Sequence record: DRR723986_4017
DNA length: 28,385 nucleotides
Reading direction: 5' to 3' (one strand)
Shown: one piece after another, positions 9,195 through 17,470 of the stretch
How positions within the stretch are numbered: the stretch's first letter is position 1
Layout: the number at the start of each line of letters is the position of its first letter
Notes under the pieces: generated by a model
Told to the model about the DNA's origin: nothing
What the model saw: only the letters and a program-made list of their open reading frames with translations
The model's database searches: none
Translations under genes and position numbers: made by a program

Positions 9195-9928
9195 CCTGCC
9201 TCCCGCTTGCTTTCAATCACAATACGATTGACCCATAACCAAAAACCAATAACTGCGGCGAAATAAACAATGTCTCCCAAGGTTACCACGCCTTTTTGCA
9301 AGCTTTCAAAATGGCTAAGGAACGACAGGTTCGCAATGGCCAAAACCATTGCTTCAGGTGCCCACGCACCAACAGTATCCAAAACCATCGGCAGGCCCGC
9401 CACTAGAAACAGAAAACAAACCGTTACGGCCAAAATAAAGGCAACTACCTGATTTTTGGTAATTGCTGACATGGCGGCACCGATAGCCAGATAGGCGGCC
9501 GCCATCAGTAATGAGCCCACATAACCGGTTACAATCACGCCGTTATCCGGCGAACCTAACCAATTAACGGTAATCCAGATGGGAAAAGTAAGGGCCAGCG
9601 CCAGCGCTGCAAAAGCAAGGGCCGCAAGATATTTACCAATAACAATTGCACGCGTGGGTATCGGTAGCGTCAACAGTAATTCAAAAGTGCCAGATCGTCG
9701 GTCCTCTGACCATAACCGCATGGCAATTGACGGCATAAGAAACAAATACAGCCAAGGCTGGTAGGTGAAAAACGACACCAGGTCGGCCTGCTCACGGGTG
9801 TAAAATGAGCCAAGGTAAAAGGTGAAAAGCCCCTGCATAATCAAGAAGATTACCAGAAAGACATAAGCAACCGGGCTGGCAAAATAGCTAGAAAATTCGC
9901 GCCGGAAAATTGTGTTTACCGAACTCAT
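9191..9928 (-). CDS. ABC-2 type permease, GldF-like
   Basis: RREFSSYFASPVAYV, MRLWSEDRRSGTFELLLTLP and SAITKNQVVA motifs; about six TM segments; ATGA overlap with the next gene. Confidence 0.93.
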   Translation of the reverse strand: MSSVNTIFRREFSSYFASPVAYVFLVIFLIMQGLFTFYLGSFYTREQADLVSFFTYQPWLYLFLMPSIAMRLWSEDRRSGTFELLLTLPIPTRAIVIGKYLAALAFAALALALTFPIWITVNWLGSPDNGVIVTGYVGSLLMAAAYLAIGAAMSAITKNQVVAFILAVTVCFLFLVAGLPMVLDTVGAWAPEAMVLAIANLSFLSHFESLQKGVVTLGDIVYFAAVIGFWLWVNRIVIESKREAG

Positions 9929-10876
9929 CTAAACGTCCTTTTCCGTTAGCTGACGAAACACATCGTCCAACCTGCCCGGGTCAACGGTATACTGGCTGAC
10001 CTGCCAATTACTCACAGCGGCAATGTCCCCGATGGTGTCGGCAATATCACCACCACCACGCGCCAATATGGTCAAGCGCATCAAATCGCCTTCGCGGGCG
10101 GCATCAACACCGCCAACCATTTTAATACCTTTAAGAGCTGCGGCTGCTTTTTCAGCATTTTCAACTGGCAACAACATTGTCACAGCATTTTTGTACTTAG
10201 ACCGCGCCCGCAATTCACTTGGTTTACCGTCTGCTACAATCATACCCTTATTGATAATCACCGCGCGGTGACACAGGGCGTCAACTTCTTCAAGAATATG
10301 GGTTGAAATAATAATAGCGCGGTCCACAGACATGGCCTCAATCAGGCGCCGCACTTCGTGTTTCTGGTTTGGGTCTAGGCCGTCCGTTGGCTCATCAAGA
10401 ATAAGCACATCAGGCGCATGCAATATTGCGGCAGCAAGACCAACCCTGCGCTTGAAACCCTTAGAAAGGGTCTCAATGCGCTGTGACATTACTTTTTCAA
10501 GGTTCACAGCACTGGCCGCACTTTCAACAACGTCCGCAGCCTCGCGGCCCGTAATGCCGTGAGTTTCAGCAATGAACATCAAGAATGAGCGCGGCGACAT
10601 TTCACCAAACAACGGTGCGCCCTCTGGTAGATACCCAATGCGCGCTCTTGCTTTTTCATTATCAGACGTAACCAATTCACCGCATATATAGGCGGTGCCG
10701 CTGGTTGGTGTTAGAAAACCGGTCAGCATTTTCATGGTGGTGGTTTTACCGGCGCCGTTAGGGCCAAGAAATCCCAACACTTCGCCCTTTTTCACCTTAA
10801 GCGAGATATCATCTACAGCTTTAAGGTCGCCAAAGTGCTTTCTTAAATTGCGTGCTTCCAAAAGAATATCGGCCAC
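9929..10876 (-). CDS. ABC transporter ATP-binding protein, GldA-like
   Basis: Walker A GPNGAGKTT, signature LSKGF, Walker B ILDEPT, H-loop STH. Start set at GTG 10876 after an AAAGGA RBS. Confidence 0.95.
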   Translation of the reverse strand: MADILLEARNLRKHFGDLKAVDDISLKVKKGEVLGFLGPNGAGKTTTMKMLTGFLTPTSGTAYICGELVTSDNEKARARIGYLPEGAPLFGEMSPRSFLMFIAETHGITGREAADVVESAASAVNLEKVMSQRIETLSKGFKRRVGLAAAILHAPDVLILDEPTDGLDPNQKHEVRRLIEAMSVDRAIIISTHILEEVDALCHRAVIINKGMIVADGKPSELRARSKYKNAVTMLLPVENAEKAAAALKGIKMVGGVDAAREGDLMRLTILARGGGDIADTIGDIAAVSNWQVSQYTVDPGRLDDVFRQLTEKDV

Positions 10877-10983
10877 AAAATGTTCCTTTTTGAACTTATC
10901 TTCAATTCGATTGGTTTCTGACGCTTGATATACCTGAAACTTGACGGCTTGCAAGGGAAGAGCATCAGATTTTACCTAAAATA

Positions 10984-11673
10984 TTAGACGGCTCTTGGTG
11001 CGTGTTTCGCCAAACCATCAAACAGATCAAACATCCTATTACGCCAACCCTGTAATTCAACGCTATCGGCGATGGGGTCAAAGTCCGAAACGATATGCGG
11101 CCACATCAGGCTACCCATAACACAGAAATCAACGAAAGCCGGTTCTTTACCGGACAAAAATCGGTTCGATTGCAAAATGGTTTCGAGCGGCCCAAGGTTA
11201 GCCTTAAAAGCAGAACGAAGGTCTTCCCGACCAGCCTGCATGTCTTCAATTTTACGCCCACCCAAGCGTGGCTCTCGCGTATCTTTGAAATAGGTTTTGT
11301 TGTCCGCATCCAGTGCATTGTAAATATCTGTTACAACCATTGGAAATATGGGCGCGACAATATTGCGGTCAACCCAGTTATTAACGATGACCGCCTGGGT
11401 GGCAGCAAGCGGCGTCTCAAACAAGCGACTGCCAGCAAAGTTAGCGTCCAAATACCGGGCAATTTCCAAGCTTTCTGACACCCACGTGTCACCGTGCTTA
11501 ATAACAGGCACAGTTTTCACCCCAGAGCCTTCAAGCGCGGACTTGTCGACAAAGGTAATGGTATGCGACTCGTACGAGATATTTTTGTGAGCCAGCATGA
11601 GCTTAATGCGCCAAGCAAATGGGCTAAAGCAAACATCAGGCTGCGCGCCGCACAGCTCAAAAAATGATACCAT
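10984..11673 (-). CDS. Glutathione S-transferase, LigE/beta-etherase-like subfamily
   Basis: FSPFAWRIKLMLAHK, TVPVI (cis-Pro), ESLEIARYLD, FLSGKEPAFVDF and W...MFDLFDG motifs. Confidence 0.88.
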   Translation of the reverse strand: MVSFFELCGAQPDVCFSPFAWRIKLMLAHKNISYESHTITFVDKSALEGSGVKTVPVIKHGDTWVSESLEIARYLDANFAGSRLFETPLAATQAVIVNNWVDRNIVAPIFPMVVTDIYNALDADNKTYFKDTREPRLGGRKIEDMQAGREDLRSAFKANLGPLETILQSNRFLSGKEPAFVDFCVMGSLMWPHIVSDFDPIADSVELQGWRNRMFDLFDGLAKHAPRAV

Positions 11674-11790
11674 CGTAAATTCCCCAACCGTCGCTATAAT
11701 AATAGCTTATTAATAACACCATCAACTTAACCGCTGATAGGCGTTGGGTCCATCCCGCATTCGATCAATATTTCAATGTTTATACGACTG

Positions 11791-11868
11791 AAATGAAAAC
11801 TGGCCCGACCGGGGGACAAAGAAATCCGGAAGGTCAGGGGGACCATAGATTTCATCCAGTCGGGCCAG
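11791..11868 (-). ncRNA. Candidate structured small RNA: long hairpin with two GUCCCCC motifs and a U-rich tail
   Basis: Perfect 10-bp outer arms CTGGCCCGAC (11800-11809) and GTCGGGCCAG (11859-11868), nested GAAATC/GATTTC and GGTC/GACC helices. On the minus strand it is followed by UUUUCAUUU. Confidence 0.45.
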
Positions 11869-11879
11869 CAGAGGCCAAC

Positions 11880-11911
11880 AAAAAAAATATGGGCCGCGAA
11901 TGCGGCCCATA
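11880..11911 (-). terminator. Rho-independent terminator of the DUF2807 gene pair
   Basis: TATGGGCCGC-GAAT-GCGGCCCATA 10-bp stem with an A8 tract at 11880-11887 (U8 on the minus strand), about 50 nt after the stop codon. Confidence 0.9.
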
Positions 11912-11958
11912 CATGACTGAATTATGGCCAAAACAGGCCATGAAATATTTAATGTGTT

Positions 11959-12672
11959 TTAGCGCAGAACAATGTCGCCAGAACCCATTGAACGAGACTT
12001 AACTTTTTCAGGCTTACCCCAAATAGTTACATCGCCCGACCCCATAACACCAACATCGACGCTTTCGTTCAGCGTAGCGTCAACATCGCCAGAGCCCATA
12101 ATGCTAATATCACCGCTTTTGCAGGACATTTTACGGCCACTCACATCACCTGAGCCTTTAACTTCAACATCAAGCGCATTACACTCACCGGAAGCCTCAA
12201 CGTCACCTGATCCTTTGATTCCAATGGATAAGCGGTCTGCTTTGGCATCGATAAGTTCAATATCACCGGCCCCGTTAACGTCAGCGCTAAAATCACCGCC
12301 GTTCAAGCCCCTTACTTTATAGTTGCCCGAACCATCAACGCGGACAGCCTCAAGGCTTTCCACTGTAATGTCGACTCGCAACACATCTATGTTGCGATAG
12401 CCTCTCCAATTGTTGTTGTCTTCCAGTTCAATGTGCAGTGTGTCACCGCGCACTTCAGTTTCAACTTTATCGATAACATCGCTGTCGGCTGTTACTTTCA
12501 CAGACTGCTTTTCACCCACCGTTACGTTGATTTCGAATGAGCCTTTGTTGCGAATGCTGGTAAATGTGTCCAGCGCGCGCATCTGCTCAGACGTATCGTC
12601 TGCTGACACGCCGATAGCGCCTGTTCCTGCAATAATTGCCGCACATGATACGGCTGCGATCAGAGTTTTCAT
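11959..12672 (-). CDS. DUF2807 / head GIN domain secreted protein
   Basis: Signal peptide; FTSIRNKGSFEINVTVG and TEVRGDTLHI; repeated xxGSGDV beta-solenoid units; GAGGGG RBS. Confidence 0.92.
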   Translation of the reverse strand: MKTLIAAVSCAAIIAGTGAIGVSADDTSEQMRALDTFTSIRNKGSFEINVTVGEKQSVKVTADSDVIDKVETEVRGDTLHIELEDNNNWRGYRNIDVLRVDITVESLEAVRVDGSGNYKVRGLNGGDFSADVNGAGDIELIDAKADRLSIGIKGSGDVEASGECNALDVEVKGSGDVSGRKMSCKSGDISIMGSGDVDATLNESVDVGVMGSGDVTIWGKPEKVKSRSMGSGDIVLR

Positions 12673-12724
12673 CTGGTATCCCCTCGTAAGGTTACTTTTA
12701 TATATTGATAGCCCGGTTTACGGG

Positions 12725-13438
12725 TTATTTGATTGAAATGCTCGACAGGCCACCAGAATGTTTGCGCACATTCTTTGGGTCACCGTAGATCGAAATGGAG
12801 GCAACACCGGCCACGTTGGCGTCAATGCTTTCACTGGCATAAACAGTCGCCGAACCAGCGCCTTTTACATCTACTTCCACATTTTCACATTTCAGGTCGT
12901 CGGCGTCGATATCACCAGCGCCTTTAACGTCGAGCGTCAGCGTAACGCAGCTACCTTCAATGTCGACCTCTGCGGCGCCGCGAATATCAATCGACAAATC
13001 GTCACTATCGATATCACGTAGCTCACCGTCAACTGCGCCCAGAACTTCAAGCTCTTTGAGCTCTGGCATAGTAATGGTGACTTCAACATTCGTGTTGTTC
13101 CAGAAATGGCGACGGTTTTCGTCGTCCATGTCAATGATAAGCGTATCACCGTCTATTTCGGTGATGACGTCTTCCATGCGGTTAGCACGTGTTTCAATCG
13201 TCACGCCAAATTCTTTTCCAGCTGTCAGCTCAAGGTCAATCGCGCCTTTTACCTGAATTTTCGTAAAGCCGGATACATCGCGGTCTTCGCTAATGCGACC
13301 CCTGCGATCATCGTCATCCGCCATGGAAGCGGAGCCAGCCACTGAATAGACAACGCTGGATGCTATACCTGCCGCTAAAAAAGCAGCAAGCGTTTTACGC
13401 CCAAGCGATGGGCGGCGATAGTAGGATGGGTTTCCCAT
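12725..13438 (-). CDS. DUF2807 / head GIN domain secreted protein (paralog)
   Basis: Signal-like N-terminus; SEDRDVSGFTKIQVKGAIDL and TEIDGDTLII; GAGD/GAAE repeats; IYGDPK near the C-terminus; AGAGGA RBS. Confidence 0.92.
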   Translation of the reverse strand: MGNPSYYRRPSLGRKTLAAFLAAGIASSVVYSVAGSASMADDDDRRGRISEDRDVSGFTKIQVKGAIDLELTAGKEFGVTIETRANRMEDVITEIDGDTLIIDMDDENRRHFWNNTNVEVTITMPELKELEVLGAVDGELRDIDSDDLSIDIRGAAEVDIEGSCVTLTLDVKGAGDIDADDLKCENVEVDVKGAGSATVYASESIDANVAGVASISIYGDPKNVRKHSGGLSSISIK

Positions 13439-13511
13439 TGGTTAGATCCTCTCTGTTACTGTCGTTTATTTTATTATTATTTTTTAGGTTTTCGTTTTTC
13501 TTATGAACCCA

Positions 13512-13540
13512 ATATAAATATTCCACTAGTCGACTTCAAG
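13512..13540 (-). promoter_or_regulatory. Candidate promoter of the DUF2807 pair (RpoH- or RpoD-like)
   Basis: Minus strand CTTGAA-N16-TTTATAT; also readable as TTGAAG-N17-TATATT. Confidence 0.45.
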
Positions 13541-13742
13541 GTCAAGGGAGAAGCCACGTTGACGCTATTTGACCCGGTGAAAGCACGCTTTACCGTAAAA
13601 AACAGTCAAAAACCTGCCTTTTTCCGCCAAAATTAGACAATTGATTGCCGCTTTTGCGACCGAGTCGAGGTTATGCAAATGCGCAAGAGTGATTGCCTTT
13701 TTGGCAAATGTGGCACACTATTGTCAGGCAAAAGGGGACACT

Positions 13743-14117
13743 ATGGACGATATTTTACTGCACCACAGGAATAATGCGGCGGACCGCGACAATCCCCCCA
13801 CACAGCGCCGGCATGACACGACTGTTTATTTTCTTCGCACAGAATTAATGCCGATCCTTGATCTATATGGTCGCCTGGTTTCTGCTGGGGAATGGCGCGA
13901 TTACGCCATTGATCATTTGAAGGGTCAGGCGGTATTTTCCGTCTTTCGCCGCGCCAGCGAAATGCCCCATTATCGTATTATTAAAGAACCGGCGCTGGCT
14001 AACAGGCAAGGGGCATGGAAAATACTTGGCGCGAACGGCCAGATACTGAAACGAGGCAGAGATCTAAAAAATATGCTGCGATATTTTGACCGACTTTTAC
14101 TAAAAGCCGTGCCCTGA
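13743..14117 (+). CDS. DUF2794 domain-containing protein
   Basis: ELMPILDLYGRLVSAGEWRDYAID and AVFSVFRRASEMPHYRIIKEP motifs. Start set at ATG 13743 after an AAGGGGA RBS. Confidence 0.92.
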   Translation: MDDILLHHRNNAADRDNPPTQRRHDTTVYFLRTELMPILDLYGRLVSAGEWRDYAIDHLKGQAVFSVFRRASEMPHYRIIKEPALANRQGAWKILGANGQILKRGRDLKNMLRYFDRLLLKAVP

Positions 14118-14181
14118 AAAGCCAAGCGTCAAAAATTCATTAGCCCGTATGTCAGCGATCAGTATGAAAACCGGTATTTAC

Positions 14182-16170
14182 TCAATTAATTTTGTTGGCA
14201 CCGCGATAAACACCAACTGTTTCTTTCACCAATAGGTCAAGGTCTTGCCAGTTGATGGGCTTAGCGGCACAAGCGTTTATACCTGCTGCTAAATATTCTT
14301 CAACGTGGGCAGCGGCAGCATCTGCCGTAAGCGCAATGATGGGCGTATCCGCGCGCATGTCCTCTAAAGCTCGGATCTTAATAGCCGCCTTAACGCCGTC
14401 CAGCACCGGCATATGAATATCCATTAGGATGATATCAAACGCCTTCGCTTCAAGTGCATCAACAGCCTTTTGGCCATCTGATACAACAGTCAACTGATAG
14501 CCAAAGCGTTCCTTAAGAAACTTTTTCAGCATCATCTGATTAACAGGGTTATCTTCCGCCGCGAGAACTTGAATATCCTGCGCAGCCAAGCCCCGGCTTT
14601 CAGTAATAGCCTCAGCAGTGTTATCGCTGCCCACGTTGGCGCGGTCAAAGGCGGCTTCAAAATAGAATGTGCTGCCATAGCCTTTTTTGCTGGCACACCA
14701 AACTTTGCCGCCCATCAAGCCCGCAAGCTTTTTACATATGGAAAGGCCAAGGCCAGTGCCTTCCGAAGACCGGCCCCGTGTACCTGCAGCCTGATAAAAA
14801 GGTTGGAATAAATTGCGTCGTTCTGAAGGCGTGAGCCCCATGCCATCATCGCGAATTGAAAAGCTTATGAAGACCTTTCCTTTACCACTTACACCGTATG
14901 TTTCATCTACATCTGCGCTCATGGAAATTTGGCCTTGATCCGTAAATTTGGTGGCATTGGACAGAAAATTGTTCAAAATTTGAGTGACTCGAACCGGATC
15001 CATCATCAAGCTCAGATTTGGAGCACTATTAGTGGTGAGCGAAAATGTTAGGCCTTTTGCCTCTATGGCTTTTCTATGGGTTTGAGACAACTCCTCGATC
15101 AGGTCTGATAATGTTACCGGTTTTGGGTGAAGATCAAAACGGCCTGCTTCCATTTTGGAAACGTCGAGAACATCAGACAAAACCGCTAGCAACTGGTCAC
15201 TGCTGTTCAAGGCAATTTTTGACAAACGCTTGCGTTCTTGGCTATCCCCCTCATCAGCCAGCAATTCCAAAACACTGGTAATACCATTAAGCGGCGTGCG
15301 CACTTCATGGCTGATAAGCGCTAAAAAATCTGACTTAGACTGATTGGCCTTATCCGCTTCTTCTTTAGCTATAACCAACTGTTCCTCGCGGGCCTTTTGG
15401 ACGCCAATATCCTGGTGCGTGCCGACAATGCGCAGCGGAGAGCCATCTGGGAGCCAGCTCACAATTTTACCGCGGCTCAACACCCAAATCAAACTGCCGT
15501 CTTTGCAGATCATCTGGAACTCGTCTTCCAGAAACCCCTCGCCCGCGGCCTCGTAATCCTCCACTGCTGACTGATATTCAATGAAATCTTCTGGCTTACA
15601 CAGGATTTTGTATGTTTCGTATGAATGCGGCAATTCAAACTGTTCGTAGCCCAACATATTCATATATTGCCGACTGAAATACAGCTCCCCTGTGATCACA
15701 TTCCAATCCCAAAGACCGTAATCGGCACCATCCACAGCAAAACGAAGCTGATCTCGTTCGCGCGACAGCTGTTTCATTTCCTCCCGAGAGCGTTCAACCT
15801 TGCGAACAATTATAAGACAGCCAATTTTTTCATCATCAGCTGGCACGGCATTCCACCGCAGGATTTGTTCGCCGTCCTCATCTGAATCGATGGTCGCCAA
15901 TTGTTCCCGCAGCGGCGTCCCTTCCTTTACAGAAGCAAATTCAGCCTTGGACAAAAATGAATGAACCATATGAAAATGGCTTTTGCCGATAAAAGAATCA
16001 CTCTCTTCACGGCGGAACAATTCTGTCCAATGATCATTCAGATCAAGATATTTTCCCTCCCTATCAAGGGCGGCAGCTGCCACGTTAAGCGTGTCAAAAA
16101 CAAGGTCTGCCAATGACCCACCGCTGCCGATAGCGGGCGCTGTATCAAGGGATTTCTTGGCCTTTACCAC
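14182..16170 (-). CDS. Soluble hybrid sensor histidine kinase (PAS-PAS-HisKA-HATPase-REC)
   Basis: GLWDWN...WVLSRG...GTHQDI PAS/PAC; H-box SHEVRTPLNG; N-box NFLSNATKFT; G2 GTGLGL; receiver AEDN, ILMDIHMP and KP. No TM segment. GTG start with a GAGG RBS. Confidence 0.95.
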   Translation of the reverse strand: MVKAKKSLDTAPAIGSGGSLADLVFDTLNVAAAALDREGKYLDLNDHWTELFRREESDSFIGKSHFHMVHSFLSKAEFASVKEGTPLREQLATIDSDEDGEQILRWNAVPADDEKIGCLIIVRKVERSREEMKQLSRERDQLRFAVDGADYGLWDWNVITGELYFSRQYMNMLGYEQFELPHSYETYKILCKPEDFIEYQSAVEDYEAAGEGFLEDEFQMICKDGSLIWVLSRGKIVSWLPDGSPLRIVGTHQDIGVQKAREEQLVIAKEEADKANQSKSDFLALISHEVRTPLNGITSVLELLADEGDSQERKRLSKIALNSSDQLLAVLSDVLDVSKMEAGRFDLHPKPVTLSDLIEELSQTHRKAIEAKGLTFSLTTNSAPNLSLMMDPVRVTQILNNFLSNATKFTDQGQISMSADVDETYGVSGKGKVFISFSIRDDGMGLTPSERRNLFQPFYQAAGTRGRSSEGTGLGLSICKKLAGLMGGKVWCASKKGYGSTFYFEAAFDRANVGSDNTAEAITESRGLAAQDIQVLAAEDNPVNQMMLKKFLKERFGYQLTVVSDGQKAVDALEAKAFDIILMDIHMPVLDGVKAAIKIRALEDMRADTPIIALTADAAAAHVEEYLAAGINACAAKPINWQDLDLLVKETVGVYRGANKIN

Positions 16171-16433
16171 TTATTTCGTGCCTCATAGCTTGCTGACGCT
16201 TATACGCATCCAATGGCCTTGAGGCCCTGCCTTGCATGGCAACCCTATAAGATGGATGCCACTCAACCATAGCTTAGTGCCGGATTGGTTAGCAATGTGT
16301 TTACACTAAGTATTAAATTATCAGGGTACGCGGGGCAGATAGTATGACGTTTCAAATATACTTTAGGGCCAAAAAACTTACACCGCGATGAAGAGTGGGT
16401 AAGTCGTGGTATAATAAAGCGGTATCTGTGGTT

Positions 16434-16802
16434 CTACGCTAAAATTGGCAAAAGCGCGGATGGATCCAGAAACTCTTCCACATACGATAATTTGCCATCT
16501 TTTACGGTCACAATCGCCACAACCTCTGCCGATGCTTTTTCCCCAGATTTTCCCGTAAGGTGCAACGTGTGCCGCTGGACATAGCCCATGCTGATTTCTT
16601 CAACCATATGCACCTCATAGCGATACGATGCACATTTTGCCTCTATCAATTGGAGCGTGCCCATAATCTGCTCAGGCGTTTTTTCCGCATTGTCGTAGTT
16701 CTGCCAAACTTTGGCGTCCGGGTGCATACACGCAAGCGCGCCCTCAACGTCCCCTGCTTGGGTACATCGTGTGAATTGCTTTGCTAGCTCTACATTGGTC
16801 AT
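16434..16802 (-). CDS. SnoaL-like / NTF2 family protein
   Basis: GDVEGALACMHPDAKVWQNYD...GYVQRHTL...VKDGKLSYVEEFLDP pattern; AGGAG RBS. Confidence 0.88.
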   Translation of the reverse strand: MTNVELAKQFTRCTQAGDVEGALACMHPDAKVWQNYDNAEKTPEQIMGTLQLIEAKCASYRYEVHMVEEISMGYVQRHTLHLTGKSGEKASAEVVAIVTVKDGKLSYVEEFLDPSALLPILA

Positions 16803-16914
16803 GGTCCATCCATCTCCTAGCTAAAGTTGACTATTCTTTAGAACAACATGCCTGACAGGAAAACAATATGCCTAGCATGGATGCAAGGCTTTACTTTTTA
16901 AACGTGCTGAGAAA

Positions 16915-16989
16915 TGGTGCTGCCGGGGAGATTCGAACTCCCGACCTCCCCCTTACCAAGGGGGTGCTCTACCCCTGAGCCACGGCAGC
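16915..16989 (-). tRNA. tRNA-Thr (GGT)
   Basis: GCTGCCGTGGCTCAGGGGTAGAGCACCCCCTTGGTAAGGGGGAGGTCGGGAGTTCGAATCTCCCCGGCAGCACCA: full cloverleaf, anticodon GGT, encoded CCA. Confidence 0.98.
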
Positions 16990-17149
16990 GCACCAAAAGA
17001 CGGTGGGTGCCCAGAACAGGCACGCCGCGCCTATTGCCATAGCGCCGCGGTTGATGCAAGCCAAATCTGCTCGGTAGTAAGCTGAATTTCAAACACTCTT
17101 GTTTAATTTTACTCTTGAGTTTTTCGCCCGATCAACGCAGTTTCACAGC

Positions 17150-17293
17150 ATGAGCAAAGACCAAAATACCAGCGGCACAAAAGCGCCAGCAGAAAAAGCC
17201 AAGTCCGCAGAAAAGCAGGCCCGTCTTTCAGAGGCCCTGCGCGCTAACTTGCGCCGCCGCAATCAACAGCGCAAAGACCAAAAAAACAAATAA
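17150..17293 (+). CDS. Small basic hypothetical protein (47 aa)
   Basis: MSKDQ...ARLSEALRANLRRRNQQRK. The RLxxALRxNLxRRK-like motif is recalled from small alphaproteobacterial proteins upstream of dcd/murA. Confidence 0.75.
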   Translation: MSKDQNTSGTKAPAEKAKSAEKQARLSEALRANLRRRNQQRKDQKNK

Positions 17294-17370
17294 GCGCTAT
17301 CGGGCAAACTCATTGGTTAAGTTTGACATTCACCGCACATGCCAACCTATCTGCCGACCAACCGCTAAAA

Positions 17371-17386
17371 ACACCACATCTTGTAT
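17371..17386. promoter_or_regulatory. NrdR-box-like site upstream of dcd
   Basis: ACACCACATCTTGTAT resembles the NrdR consensus acaCwAtATaTwGtg; it lies about 85 nt upstream of a dNTP-metabolism gene. Confidence 0.4.
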
Positions 17387-17470
17387 AAAGTGCCTTGTTT
17401 AGCCATAGCGATTGGCTTACAAATCCGTGTAACTTTTTAAACGAGCATAAGCCAGCAGGAGCCAGCCCCC

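Noticed and set aside
11793..12002. 69-aa ORF across the GST-DUF2807 intergenic region
   Set aside because: It runs through the RNA hairpin and terminator and overlaps a real gene antisense; no RBS and no protein-like features.
13400..13438. Twin-arginine signal in the DUF2807 paralog (YYRRPSL)
   Set aside because: It does not fit S/T-R-R-x-F-L-K; a Sec signal is at least as likely.
11959..13438. Periodic sequence in the DUF2807 genes as a DNA repeat array or CRISPR
   Set aside because: The periodicity is at the protein level (beta-solenoid GSGD/GAGD units); there are no identical DNA repeats with spacers and no cas genes.
16260..16320. CtrA-like TTAA-N7-TTAA sites upstream of the hybrid kinase
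   Set aside because: Only matches with two or more mismatches in an AT-rich tract; not distinguishable from chance.
16171..16915. Possible genomic island at the tRNA-Thr 3' end
   Set aside because: There is no integrase and I saw no duplicated tRNA 3' end (att site); only a SnoaL-like gene and a kinase follow.
16898..17092. 64-aa ORF over the tRNA-Thr
   Set aside because: It is a spurious translation of the tRNA and its promoter region.
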